DNA of 64,000 bases from Candidatus Cloacimonadales bacterium (GTDB lineage: Bacteria; Cloacimonadota; Cloacimonadia; Cloacimonadales; JAFGVF01), in assembly GCA_963663475.2 (NCBI GenBank), contig CAXXJV010000001.1, forward strand, positions 896,001 to 960,000, in the 5' to 3' direction. Numbering within the stretch: position 1 is the first letter of the stretch; every line of letters starts with the position of its first letter. Positions 49,786 through 59,922 of the stretch are shown in pieces. The notes beneath the pieces are model-generated. The model had not been told where the DNA came from. It saw only the letters and a program-made list of their open reading frames with translations, and searched no databases. The translations under genes were made by a program, and so were the position numbers.

Positions 49786-51450
49786 ATGAAACTTATCGAA
49801 TGCGTTCCTAATTTTAGTGAAGGTTGTGATAAGAAGATACTAGATGCTATTGCTGCTTCTATATGTTCAGTCAATAATGTAACTCTCTTAGATGTGGATC
49901 CAGGTGCAGAAACAAACCGTACTGTCTTTACCTTTGTGGGTAGTCCTGATGCCGTAATTGAAGCTGCTTTCCAAGCAATTAAAAAAGCTGGCGAGTTGAT
50001 TGATATGACTAAACATCACGGGACTCATGCTCGTATGGGGGCTACAGATGTCTGTCCTTTAATCCCTATTTCTGATGTTACTATGGAAGAATGTATTGAA
50101 TATTCCAAAAAACTTGGAAAAAGAGTGGGAGATGAACTTGGAATACCTGTTTATCTTTATGAATATTCTGCCTCTAAACCAGAATGGAAGAATCTAGCAA
50201 ATGTAAGAAAAGGTGAGTATGAAGCCCTTCCCAAGAAAATGCAAGATCCAGAATGGAAACCAGACTTTGGTCCTCATCAATTCAATGCTAAATCTGGCGC
50301 AACAGCTATCGGTGTTAGAGAATTCCTAATAGCTTATAATATTAATTTAAATACTCGTGACAAAGCTAAAGCTCATGATATCGCTCTTGATATTAGAGAG
50401 AAAGGCCGCTCTGCTCGTGATGAAAAAGGTAAATTAATCAAAGATGCTAACGGTAAAAAAGTTATGAAACCAGGATTCTTCAAAGAATGTAAGGCTGTTG
50501 GCTGGTTTATTGATGAATATGATAGAGCTCAGATTTCTATCAACTTAACTAACTATAAAATAACTCCTGTCCATGAAGTTTTAGAAAAAGTAAGACAACT
50601 AGCCCTTGCTAAGGGTATCCATGTTACAGGTTCTGAATTAGTTGGTCTTACCCCTAAAGAAGCTCTAGTTCAAGCTGGAAAATTCTACTTAAAAAGAATG
50701 GGTGAATCAGCTGGTATTCCAGAAAGAAAAATCATGGAAACTGCTGTAAAATCAATGGGATTAGATGATTTAGCTGAATTTGATTTAGATAAAAAAGTAA
50801 TCGAATATGCTATCGCAAATCCTGATAATCTGGTAAATATGACTATTACTGATTTTACAGATGAGTTATCAACAGATTCTCCTGCTCCAGGTGGTGGTTC
50901 TGTTGCAGCTGTTTGTGTAGCTATGTCTGGAGCTCTCTCTGCTATGGTTTCCAACCTTACTGTTGGTAAGAAAGGCTATGATAAAGTCCAAGAAGAAGTA
51001 AAGAAATATGCTGAAGAAGGCCAATCAATTAAAGAAAGATCAATTAGTGCGGTAGATGAAGATACTCAAGCTTTTTATGTAATGATGGATGCTATGAAAC
51101 TTCCCAAGAAGACTGATGAAGAAAAAGCAATCAGAGCTAAAGCTATGGAAGAGGCTACAAAAGACGCTATTCTTATTCCATTAAAAACTCTAGAAATCTG
51201 CTGGGATGCAGTTCAACTTGCAGAAAAAGTTGCTGTTGTAGGTAATACTAATGCCCTTTCTGATGCCGGAGTCGCTGCCCTTACTGCTAATGCTGGTGCT
51301 AAGGCTGCTTACCTTAATGTCATGATTAATATGGCTGGTATCTCTGATGAAAATTTCAAGAATGAAATTACTCAAAAAGCTAAAAATATTTGGGAAAATA
51401 CCAATAAACTAGCTTTAGCTGTAGAAGAAGATATCTTAAAAAGATTGTAA
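49786..51450 (+). CDS. ftcD: glutamate formimidoyltransferase / formiminotetrahydrofolate cyclodeaminase
   Basis: ECVPNFSEG, HARMGATDVCP, SPAPGGGS, NALSDAG. Confidence 0.93.
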   Translation: MKLIECVPNFSEGCDKKILDAIAASICSVNNVTLLDVDPGAETNRTVFTFVGSPDAVIEAAFQAIKKAGELIDMTKHHGTHARMGATDVCPLIPISDVTMEECIEYSKKLGKRVGDELGIPVYLYEYSASKPEWKNLANVRKGEYEALPKKMQDPEWKPDFGPHQFNAKSGATAIGVREFLIAYNINLNTRDKAKAHDIALDIREKGRSARDEKGKLIKDANGKKVMKPGFFKECKAVGWFIDEYDRAQISINLTNYKITPVHEVLEKVRQLALAKGIHVTGSELVGLTPKEALVQAGKFYLKRMGESAGIPERKIMETAVKSMGLDDLAEFDLDKKVIEYAIANPDNLVNMTITDFTDELSTDSPAPGGGSVAAVCVAMSGALSAMVSNLTVGKKGYDKVQEEVKKYAEEGQSIKERSISAVDEDTQAFYVMMDAMKLPKKTDEEKAIRAKAMEEATKDAILIPLKTLEICWDAVQLAEKVAVVGNTNALSDAGVAALTANAGAKAAYLNVMINMAGISDENFKNEITQKAKNIWENTNKLALAVEEDILKRL

Positions 51451-51468
51451 TTGAATAAAAAATCATAC

Positions 51469-51493
51469 AAAAGCTCGGTTATCCGAGCTTTTT
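51469..51493 (+). terminator. intrinsic terminator
   Basis: AAAAGCTCGG-TTAT-CCGAGCTTTTT. Confidence 0.8.
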
Positions 51494-51626
51494 GTCTTTT
51501 AAAGAATAGCCTTATAAGATTAGCCTGAGCAAAGTTGAAAAAATATCTTGACTGTTACTATCATAAAAAAAAAGATGTTAACGTTAAAATAGTATAAATT
51601 TGATTTATATAGAAAAAGGAGTTAAT

Positions 51627-51923
51627 ATGGTAAAGCTAAGATTGACTAGAATGGGTTCTAGAAACAACCCTTTCTACCGAATCGTTGCAGTTGATTCTCG
51701 TGTGAAAAGAGACGGAAAGTATATTGAGAGTGTAGGTTACTACAATCCAGTGCCTGAAGTGGCTGATATAAAAGTTGATACAGAAAAAGCCCTTAAGTGG
51801 TTAGAAGTAGGTGCACAACCTACAGATACAGTTCGCTCTATTCTTAGAAAAGCTGGTGTTTTAGAGATTTGGCACAATGCGAAGAAAAAGCAAGTTGCTG
51901 CTGCTAAACAAAGCCAAGAATAG
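51627..51923 (+). CDS. rpsP: 30S ribosomal protein S16
   Basis: [25 protein letters not shown] 51627 after AAGGAG. Confidence 0.97.
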   Translation: MVKLRLTRMGSRNNPFYRIVAVDSRVKRDGKYIESVGYYNPVPEVADIKVDTEKALKWLEVGAQPTDTVRSILRKAGVLEIWHNAKKKQVAAAKQSQE

Positions 51924-51931
51924 GAGAAATA

Positions 51932-52162
51932 ATGAAAGATCTTATAGAATTTGTTGTTAAAGCTCTTGTTGACGACCCTTCTGAAGTAAAAATTACTGAA
52001 ATCAATGGTGATAAAATCACTCTTTTTGAACTAAGAGTTTCTAAGGATGATATCGGTAAGGTAATCGGAAAAAAGGGAAAGACTGCAGGTGCTATTCGTA
52101 CAATTCTAAATGCTGTTTCTACTAAACAAGGAAAAAGAGCAGAACTTGAAATTATCGAATAG
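51932..52162 (+). CDS. khpA: KH domain RNA-binding protein
   Basis: DIGKVIGKKGKTA; position after rpsP. Confidence 0.9.
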   Translation: MKDLIEFVVKALVDDPSEVKITEINGDKITLFELRVSKDDIGKVIGKKGKTAGAIRTILNAVSTKQGKRAELEIIE

Positions 52163-52681
52163 ATGATTGATAAAGAACTTTTAGTTATTGGCAGGTTGGG
52201 AAAGCTCATAAATGATGAGGAGCAATTCCAGTTTATTCCAAATGAAAATTTTCAACCTGCTACTTTTGATAAAGTTAATAAACTTTATTTGATCTTTACA
52301 GAGCATAGAGTGTTTTTTGTGGAAATTGAAAGGCTTACAAAACAAAACTCTAAATACTGGCTTTCTTTTAAAGATGACGGTGTTAAAGAAGAGTTTGATT
52401 TAAGAAAGTCGGCTAAACTAGCTATTCCAAAAGTTAAACATTATTCCTTAAAACAAGGGAAAGATTTTCTTGATATAAGTAATTATAAGGCGTATGATGA
52501 TGGAGAATTCTTAGGATATATTGTAGATTTTATCCTGAGTCCTGCCCATCGGATTATTGTTATAGAGGATGACCAAGGAAATGAAGTAATGATTCCTGAG
52601 GTTGATTATTATATCAAAGAAATTAATGAGTCTGAAAACATAGTATTAATGCAAAATACCCAAAGCTTGAGAGAACTATGA
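52163..52681 (+). CDS. rimM: 16S rRNA processing protein RimM (divergent)
   Basis: Position between khpA and trmD; PRC-barrel-like LGYIVD..EVMIPEV; N-terminal motif degenerate. Confidence 0.75.
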   Translation: MIDKELLVIGRLGKLINDEEQFQFIPNENFQPATFDKVNKLYLIFTEHRVFFVEIERLTKQNSKYWLSFKDDGVKEEFDLRKSAKLAIPKVKHYSLKQGKDFLDISNYKAYDDGEFLGYIVDFILSPAHRIIVIEDDQGNEVMIPEVDYYIKEINESENIVLMQNTQSLREL

Positions 52682-53352
52682 TTGTAGATATCTTATCTCT
52701 CTTTCCTAAGATGTTTGAAAATGTTTTTTCTACAAGCATTATTGCTAAAGCCATTGCCAAAGAGACCTTAGAAATAAATCTAGTGAATTTACGAGATTTC
52801 GCCTTTACTAAAAATAGGCAAGTTGATGATTATCCTTATGGTGGTGACTCTGGAATGGTAATGAAAGTTGAGCCTGTTTTTGAAGCTTATGATTATTTGA
52901 AATGGAAGGATATACCTGTAATTTATTTTACTCCGCAAGGGCGTTTACTTAATCAAAATATTGTTAAAGAATATTTAGATAAACCAAGAATCGCTATAAT
53001 TTGTGGGCATTATAAAGAGTTGGATCAAAGAGTTAGAGATAATCTTGTTACTGATGAAATATCAATTGGAGATTTTGTCCTATCTGGTGGTGAGTTACCA
53101 GCTATGATTTTTATAGATGCAATAGCAAGATTGCAAGATGGGGTTATAAGTGATATTACCTCAGCTTTAAAAGACTCTTTTGAGGATGGCCTCTTAGGCA
53201 TTCCTCACTACACAAGACCAGCTGAATATAGAGGATTAAGAGTTCCAGATGTTCTCCTTCAAGGTAATCATAAAGAAATTCAAAAGTGGCAAGAACAACA
53301 AGCTTATAAGCTTACTAAAGAAAGAAGGCCAGATTTATTAGATGAAGAATAA
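52678..53352 (+). CDS. trmD: tRNA (guanine37-N1)-methyltransferase
   Basis: VDDYPYGG, TPQG, SIGDFVLSGGE, YTRP. Confidence 0.97.
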   Translation: MIVDILSLFPKMFENVFSTSIIAKAIAKETLEINLVNLRDFAFTKNRQVDDYPYGGDSGMVMKVEPVFEAYDYLKWKDIPVIYFTPQGRLLNQNIVKEYLDKPRIAIICGHYKELDQRVRDNLVTDEISIGDFVLSGGELPAMIFIDAIARLQDGVISDITSALKDSFEDGLLGIPHYTRPAEYRGLRVPDVLLQGNHKEIQKWQEQQAYKLTKERRPDLLDEE

Positions 53353-53902
53353 AGTCTTTTTAGGATTAGTTCATTATCCTGTATATAATAAATTTAATGA
53401 TGTGGTTAAAACATCAATTACAAATTTAGACTTGCATGATATAGCTAGATCTTGCTTAACATTTGGAGTTAAAAAATACTTTGTCATACACCCTTTGGAG
53501 TCTATGAAAGAACTTGTAAATAAGATTATGGGCTTCTGGGAATCAGACATAGCTAAAACTTATAATAAAGATAGGGTAGATGCTTTAACTATTTTAGAGC
53601 ACGCCTACTCGATTGAAGATGCGATTAACGCAATAGTAAACCAGGAACAAGTTGCCCCAATAGTAATAACTACTACTGCTAAGAGATTAGACGAAAGTAT
53701 ATCTTTCAGTAAAATCTCTTCAGTTATTCCTGCAGATAAACCAGTTTTGCTACTTTTTGGAACTGGTAATGGACTGCATGAGGGAGTAATAAAATCTTCT
53801 GATTATATATTAGAACCTATTTCAGGACCTACTGAATATAATCACTTATCAGTCAGGAGTGCAGTAGCAATTATTCTGGATAGACTTACTTCCGAAGAAT
53901 AA
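53342..53902 (+). CDS. SPOUT RNA methyltransferase (Tm1570-like)
   Basis: [32 protein letters not shown]. Confidence 0.85.
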   Translation: MKNKVFLGLVHYPVYNKFNDVVKTSITNLDLHDIARSCLTFGVKKYFVIHPLESMKELVNKIMGFWESDIAKTYNKDRVDALTILEHAYSIEDAINAIVNQEQVAPIVITTTAKRLDESISFSKISSVIPADKPVLLLFGTGNGLHEGVIKSSDYILEPISGPTEYNHLSVRSAVAIILDRLTSEE

Positions 53903-53913
53903 AGGGAGGAATA

Positions 53914-54267
53914 ATGGATATTATTCAAGTTATAACCAAAGAACAAATTAGAACAGATTTACCGGAATTTAGAGTTGGTGATACCGTACAAGTTCACTAT
54001 AAAATTAAAGAAGGAAACAAAGAAAGAATCCAAGTCTTTCAAGGTATCGTTCTGCAAATTAGAGGTGCAGGAATTTCTAAGACTTTCACAGTTAGAAAAG
54101 TATCTAATGGTGTTGGCGTAGAAAGAATTTTCCCTGTTAATACACCGCTTATTGCTAAATTAGAAGTTGTTCGTTACGGACATGTTAGAAGAGCTAAATT
54201 GTATTACCTCAGAAATGCTAAAGGTAAATCAGCAAGAATTAAAGAAAAAAGAAGAGTTAGTAAATAA
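53914..54267 (+). CDS. rplS: 50S ribosomal protein L19
   Basis: [29 protein letters not shown]. Confidence 0.98.
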   Translation: MDIIQVITKEQIRTDLPEFRVGDTVQVHYKIKEGNKERIQVFQGIVLQIRGAGISKTFTVRKVSNGVGVERIFPVNTPLIAKLEVVRYGHVRRAKLYYLRNAKGKSARIKEKRRVSK

Positions 54268-54272
54268 AAAAT

Positions 54273-54295
54273 GGGAGCTTAGCTCCCTTTTTTTT
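54273..54295 (+). terminator. intrinsic terminator
   Basis: GGGAGC-TTA-GCTCCC plus T8. Confidence 0.75.
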
Positions 54296-54334
54296 GTTAT
54301 TTCTCAATCATCATATAAACTAAGGATAAGATAG

Positions 54335-54709
54335 ATGATATATGGAATTGGAAATGATATAATAGAAGTTGATCGAATAAAAAGAGCTATTGAAAGAGAT
54401 AATGGCTTTAAAGAGAAAGTATTCTCACTTGCTGAAATAGAAGTCTGTGAAAGCAAAGCAAACAAATATCAGTCTTATGCTGCTCGTTTTGCAGCTAAAG
54501 AAGCCTTTATGAAAGCTTTTGGCTCTGGTTGGGCTGAGGGCATAGCCTGGAATGAAATAGAAGTTCTTTCCCAGGATAACGGCAAGCCTTACCTAAATTT
54601 ATTAAATAAAACTAAAAAAATAATCAATCAAGAACATGAATTTATCCTCCATGTATCCCTTAGTCATCTGAAAGAATATGCAATTGCTAATGTTATCTTG
54701 GAGAGGTAG
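54335..54709 (+). CDS. acpS: holo-[acyl-carrier-protein] synthase
   Basis: GIGNDIIE, ARFAAKEAFMKA, GKP, VSLSH. Confidence 0.95.
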   Translation: MIYGIGNDIIEVDRIKRAIERDNGFKEKVFSLAEIEVCESKANKYQSYAARFAAKEAFMKAFGSGWAEGIAWNEIEVLSQDNGKPYLNLLNKTKKIINQEHEFILHVSLSHLKEYAIANVILER

Positions 54710-54839
54710 ATTTAGACTATAGCTATCTCCAAAGTAGAGAGAGAAATGATTCGTCTAAAGTCCCTTACCTAGGGTTGAGGAACTCCAGTCTCCTTGTGAG
54801 AGAACCATAAATTTACTATTTTCTATTTATAAGTCCAAT

Positions 54840-54896
54840 TAAAGCTCTACTACACTACTTGGGACCAACCCAAATAATGCAGTAAACCTTTGCGAA
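54840..54896. repeat. fragments of MITE-like ends in tail-to-head order
   Basis: AAAGCTCTACTACACTACTTGGG followed by AACCCAAATAATGCAGTAAACCTTTGCGAA. Confidence 0.55.
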
Positions 54897-55098
54897 AAAC
54901 TCAAATTTCTTCTAGGCACTTGACTACTTTATTAATATTTTCTAGATCAATTTGGTTGAAAATAAGGTAAGAGAAAGTAGCTTCTAAATAATTATCAGGG
55001 CAATATCAGATATAACTTGACTTTAAATGCACTTATAAATATAAATGTAAATTGGAATAATATTTTTGCAAAAAAAGAAAAATGAGGTATAGATTATT

Positions 55099-55740
55099 AT
55101 GAATATTGTATTGTTCGGTATTCAGGGAAGCGGTAAAGGTACACAAGCTAAGCTGCTTTCAGAGAAATTAGCAATGAAGCATATCAATCTTGGTGAAATG
55201 TTCCGTCAAGAGATTAAGGCTGAAACCGAGATAGGTAAGATTGCTAAGGTTTATATTGACAAAGGGAACTTGGTTCCTGATGAATATGTTTATCACATGA
55301 TTGATAACTATGTTGGTTTAGGGATTAAGGGTTTGATTTTTGATGGTTTTCCACGCAACAAAGATCAGGCAGATTATTTAGTTAAACATTATCATATCGA
55401 TTTTGTTATCTATTTAGATCTTGATGATTTAGAGGCTAAGAAAAGAATTTCTGCTAGAGTAAGATGTCGTAACTGCCATCAGAACTACAACCTGCTAGCT
55501 AATGCTCCAAAGATTGAAGGAGTCTGTGATTATTGTGGTGGATCTGTTGGTCCTAGAGATGATGATACACCTGAGGCAATAGACCAAAGGTTGGCTCGTT
55601 TTCACAAAGAAACTAAGTCTTTAATAAAGTATTTTCAGAAGCATGACCTTCTTTACAAGGTTGATGCGAATGATGATATTACATTAGTTAATGAGAAAAT
55701 ATTAGATATAATTAGAAAGTATGGAAACAAAGAAATCTAA
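55099..55740 (+). CDS. adk: adenylate kinase (Zn-lid type)
   Basis: GIQGSGKGTQA, DGFPR, CRNC..CDYC lid, RDDD. Confidence 0.9.
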   Translation: MNIVLFGIQGSGKGTQAKLLSEKLAMKHINLGEMFRQEIKAETEIGKIAKVYIDKGNLVPDEYVYHMIDNYVGLGIKGLIFDGFPRNKDQADYLVKHYHIDFVIYLDLDDLEAKKRISARVRCRNCHQNYNLLANAPKIEGVCDYCGGSVGPRDDDTPEAIDQRLARFHKETKSLIKYFQKHDLLYKVDANDDITLVNEKILDIIRKYGNKEI

Positions 55741-57415
55741 GAGTATCCTTTCCTTTTTGAATAGTACTATCAATATTTTAGCAGTGCTGAATTTGGTAGT
55801 ACTATTCATCCTGCCTTATTTACAAAGAGCTTCTCTCTCCCAAAATGTACTAATCTCTTATAGTTTATTAAATATAGTGGCTTATTTTGGTCAGAATTTA
55901 ACTCAAATGATTAAAAAAGGGATAAAAAATACTAATTTCTTGGATTATTTACCCTACTTAGCTATCGCAATTGGTAGTTATTTGTTACTTACAAATCCAG
56001 AATATTTCATCTTATATATATCCCTTAAACAGCTTATTATACTGATAAAGAAGTTTCTTCTCTATGCTTTTGAAGGGAGATTGTGGGGGGCAATAATCAG
56101 TAATCCTGCAATATCTTTAATGACAAGTTTCTTGTTAGTTATAGTTATTGGAGCACTACTCTTAATGTTACCTATAGCTACTGCCTCTTCCCAGACAATG
56201 AGTTTTATTGATGCTTTCTTTACTTCCACCTCTGCTACCTGTGTTACAGGCTTGATAGTAGAAGATACAGGTTCTTATTTCTCTCTCTTTGGGCAAATAG
56301 TTATCCTTGTTCTCATCCAAATTGGTGGTTTGGGTATTATGACTATTTCAACTGCTTTTGCCCTTATCTTTGGTCGGAAGCTAACTGCCAAACTTGAATT
56401 GGTTATGCAAAATGTTATGGGAGAATCAAACAGATTAAATTTATTTCAATTATTAAAATACGTTATTGCTATTACAGCAATATTCGAATTTCTAGGAGCT
56501 TTTTTATTATTTTTTACCTTCAGAACAATTTATCCTAGTCCTGTTAAAGCAGCCTATTATTCTATTTTTCATTCTGTTTCTGCATTTTGTAATGCTGGAT
56601 TTGCCCTTTATTCAGATAGTTTCGAATCATTTGCAAGTAATATAAATATAAATTTAGTAATTACGTCATTGATAATTCTAGGTGGACTTGGTTTTGTTGT
56701 TATCATGGATGTAAAAAGGAACTTATTTGGTAAGGGAAGGCTAAAAAAACTTAGTTTACACTCCAAAATAGTCATAGTCTCAACCATTTTACTAATCATC
56801 TTTGGTCTTCTAGGCTTCTTTATTTCAGAATACAATAACACTATGAAGGGTATGACTTATGGTAATAGGTTAATTACCTCTTACTTCCAATCTGTTACCT
56901 GTAGAACTGCTGGTTTTAATACTATTTCACAAGGTAATTTATCTTATAGTTCTATACTTTTATCTATCATTTTAATGTTTATTGGTGCCTCACCAGGTTC
57001 AACAGGTGGTGGTATTAAAACTACTACTTTCGCAATAATTATCTTATCAATAATTTCAATACTAACTGGGAAAAGCAATGTTTCTGCCTATAAGAAGAAG
57101 ATACCTATTCATGAGATTAAGGAAGCTATTTCCTTGATTGGTATCTCAATTGGCTTTTTAATGTTACTTTTATTTGCTTTATTCATAGTTAGTGACGGTA
57201 ACTTTCAAGAGATAACTTTTGAAGCATTTTCTGCTTTTGGAACTGTTGGCCTTTCTATGGGCTTTACTAGTAGCCTTAATTTTGCAGGGAAAATAATAAT
57301 AATACTACTAATGTACCTTGGAAGAATAGGTCCATTAACAATACTCTATGCTCTTGCTCAGAGAGCTGTTAAGAAAAGAGTTAACTACTTAGAAGAAAAT
57401 ATATCAATAGGATAG
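55721..57415 (+). CDS. TrkH/KtrB potassium uptake membrane subunit with N-terminal TM extension
   Basis: SATCVTGL, SAFCNAGF, CRTAGF, SAFGTVGLS. Confidence 0.92.
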   Translation: METKKSKSILSFLNSTINILAVLNLVVLFILPYLQRASLSQNVLISYSLLNIVAYFGQNLTQMIKKGIKNTNFLDYLPYLAIAIGSYLLLTNPEYFILYISLKQLIILIKKFLLYAFEGRLWGAIISNPAISLMTSFLLVIVIGALLLMLPIATASSQTMSFIDAFFTSTSATCVTGLIVEDTGSYFSLFGQIVILVLIQIGGLGIMTISTAFALIFGRKLTAKLELVMQNVMGESNRLNLFQLLKYVIAITAIFEFLGAFLLFFTFRTIYPSPVKAAYYSIFHSVSAFCNAGFALYSDSFESFASNININLVITSLIILGGLGFVVIMDVKRNLFGKGRLKKLSLHSKIVIVSTILLIIFGLLGFFISEYNNTMKGMTYGNRLITSYFQSVTCRTAGFNTISQGNLSYSSILLSIILMFIGASPGSTGGGIKTTTFAIIILSIISILTGKSNVSAYKKKIPIHEIKEAISLIGISIGFLMLLLFALFIVSDGNFQEITFEAFSAFGTVGLSMGFTSSLNFAGKIIIILLMYLGRIGPLTILYALAQRAVKKRVNYLEENISIG

Positions 57416-57419
57416 AAGA

Positions 57420-58121
57420 ATGGCTAGATTTGTTATAATAGGTATGGGAAAATTTGGAACTGCTGTAGCAAGTACTTTAATTGCTCACGAAGCAGAAGTG
57501 ATTGGTATAGACAAAACTGAACTAGTTTTAGAGGAAATAAAAGATAGATTAACATCTGCTCTTTGTTTTGATGCTACTGATGAAATAGCGTTAAAACAAT
57601 CTGGTATCGAAGATGCCGATGCTGTTATTGTTGCTATTGGTAATAATATTCAGGCAAATATCATGACTTGTGCACTTCTTAAAAAAATAGGTATTGGTAA
57701 GATTTATGCCAAGGTTGAAGATAACCTCCACAGGAGAATCTTAGTCTCTTTAGGAATTGATGAAATCTATTTCCCAGAAGAGATTGTTGGCCAAAATCTC
57801 GCCAAGCAATTAATTCTTGAAGAAATTGATCAAATTATTGAATTATCTTCAGACCAATACTTAGCTGAATTAGTTATTCCTAAGGATTTTATAGGTAAGA
57901 AACTACAAGATCTTGACCTTTTGAAAAACTATCGTTTAAATATAGTTACTATAAAATCAAAAATTCTTAGTATAACTGAAGAAGGAGATAAGGTGATTGA
58001 AGAGAAGATAAACTCAAGTCCAGGGGCTAATGATGTTCTCAATGATGGAGATAGGATTATGCTTTTAGGATTAAGGACTAATATTGATCGATTAATTAAC
58101 GATATTAAAAAGAAAGGATAA
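57420..58121 (+). CDS. TrkA/KtrA potassium uptake regulatory subunit
   Basis: IGMGKFG Rossmann motif, DATD, RCK C domain. Confidence 0.92.
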   Translation: MARFVIIGMGKFGTAVASTLIAHEAEVIGIDKTELVLEEIKDRLTSALCFDATDEIALKQSGIEDADAVIVAIGNNIQANIMTCALLKKIGIGKIYAKVEDNLHRRILVSLGIDEIYFPEEIVGQNLAKQLILEEIDQIIELSSDQYLAELVIPKDFIGKKLQDLDLLKNYRLNIVTIKSKILSITEEGDKVIEEKINSSPGANDVLNDGDRIMLLGLRTNIDRLINDIKKKG

Positions 58122-58126
58122 TTGAT

Positions 58127-58909
58127 ATGAAGAAACGTTCTTTTTACAAGAGTATTAATATTTCTCTATTGATAATGCTAATAACTTACATTGTGCAAGC
58201 TATTATCCTGATTTATCAATTCAATAGTGGAAATCCTCTTAATCAGATTGTTAATGATTCAAAAAATATACTTTTTTCTTTTATCATTCTCTTTATTATC
58301 TACTATATCTCTCTCATGATATACCAACCCTTGAAAATGAAAAAATCTATTAAGCAGTTACATCATATTTTTGATGAGTTTAGAAAGGGTAATTATGAGT
58401 ATGATTTAGATAGTGTAACTGAGAATATAGAAAAAGAATATAGTCCTTTGATAGAAGTTATTAAGAAAATGATGGTAAATATTATTCAGTTTGATAAACT
58501 AAAGAAAATAAAGATATCTGCCCATTTTGGTAAGATAAAGGCCTTACTCTCCCTCATGAGTGATGGAGCTTTAATTATTGATAACTCAGGTGAAATTCTC
58601 TATGTTAATGATGTCATGAAGGAAAAATTTAAAAAACTAGAGTTGGAAGAAAATAAAGATTTCTTAGATACTATTTATCCAGAATCTTTTGAAAAAACTA
58701 TAAAAAAATATGTCATGGAAGTTATCTCTAAAGGTGAGAAAAAAGATGCTTGTACAATGTTTATTCCTGAAATGAATTTGGAATTTACTATTAAATCAGC
58801 TCTTTATAAAAATAGTAATGGAGACTTCTTAGGAGCGGTCTTTGTTATTACTGACTTGCAAGAGAGAACTGAAATGATTGATAATGAAATAAGAGACTAT
58901 AACAAGTAG
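58127..58909 (+). CDS. membrane protein with HAMP-like linker and PAS domain, no kinase domain
   Basis: Two TMs, LMSDGALIIDNSGEILYVN..GAVFVITD. Confidence 0.7.
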   Translation: MKKRSFYKSINISLLIMLITYIVQAIILIYQFNSGNPLNQIVNDSKNILFSFIILFIIYYISLMIYQPLKMKKSIKQLHHIFDEFRKGNYEYDLDSVTENIEKEYSPLIEVIKKMMVNIIQFDKLKKIKISAHFGKIKALLSLMSDGALIIDNSGEILYVNDVMKEKFKKLELEENKDFLDTIYPESFEKTIKKYVMEVISKGEKKDACTMFIPEMNLEFTIKSALYKNSNGDFLGAVFVITDLQERTEMIDNEIRDYNK

Positions 58910-58923
58910 ATTAAGGGTGATTA

Positions 58924-59913
58924 GTGGGTAATATAATTCTGAATTTGACTTATAAAGGTAAAGAGAGTATGCGACTTGATAAATATTTAGCAAGTCTAAA
59001 TTGCGATGAACTCTACTCTCGTTCATTAATAGAGAAAATTATTAATGGGAAAAATGTTAAAGTTAATGGTATGTATGTTAAAAAAAGTTATCAACTGATG
59101 CTTAATGATTTAATAGATATTGAATTTCAAGAAGATACTTCCAAGGAGACTATTCCTGAAAATATTCCCTTAAATATTGTCTATGAAGATGATGATATTG
59201 CCATAATTAATAAACCTGAAGGTTTAGTAGTGCATCCTGGTCATGGTAACCTGACAGGAACTCTGGTTAATGGACTAGTCTATCATTTTGGTAATCAATT
59301 ATCTAATGATAGAGGAGCATCCAGACTAGGAATTGTTCATCGCATAGATAAAGGGACTTCAGGGCTGTTAATAATTGCTAAGAATAATTTAGCTCATGCT
59401 AAACTATCAGAAATGTTCAGGAAAAAAGAGATTAAAAAAATTTACAAAGCAATATTAGTAGGCCATCCTAAAGCTGATTCAGGCACTATTCAAACCTTTT
59501 TGAGGCGCAGTAAAGCTAACCCTCTAAAAATCATTGTTAGTGATTTCGGCAAAAATGCTATTACTCATTATCAAGTTGAAAAATACTACCACTATTTCTC
59601 CTTGGTAAATATTGAACTAGAAACTGGTAGAACTCACCAAATAAGAGTCCATTTCTCACATTTTAATAACCCTGTTTTAGGAGATAGACTCTATAGTAAT
59701 GTCGAAGAAGTAGGGGCTAGAATCCCAGCTAATTATAAAAAAAGATTAACTAATTTATATGATAATATCCTGATTAACCAAGCTTTACATGCATACAAAC
59801 TTGAGTTTATTCATCCCATAACTAAAAAATTCATATCAGTAAAATCAGATCTACCAGAATACTTTAGAAAAAGTCTTGCCTGGTTAGATTTGAATTTTTC
59901 TATTGATGATTAA
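58924..59913 (+). CDS. rluD: RluA/RluD family pseudouridine synthase
   Basis: RLDKYL (S4), NKPEGLVVHPG, GIVHRIDKGTSG, TGRTHQIRVH, QALHA. Confidence 0.9.
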   Translation: MGNIILNLTYKGKESMRLDKYLASLNCDELYSRSLIEKIINGKNVKVNGMYVKKSYQLMLNDLIDIEFQEDTSKETIPENIPLNIVYEDDDIAIINKPEGLVVHPGHGNLTGTLVNGLVYHFGNQLSNDRGASRLGIVHRIDKGTSGLLIIAKNNLAHAKLSEMFRKKEIKKIYKAILVGHPKADSGTIQTFLRRSKANPLKIIVSDFGKNAITHYQVEKYYHYFSLVNIELETGRTHQIRVHFSHFNNPVLGDRLYSNVEEVGARIPANYKKRLTNLYDNILINQALHAYKLEFIHPITKKFISVKSDLPEYFRKSLAWLDLNFSIDD

Positions 59914-59922
59914 GGAGTAATT

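Noticed and set aside
59884-59922. FMN riboswitch before ribBA
   Set aside because: Only 9 bp between rluD and ribBA
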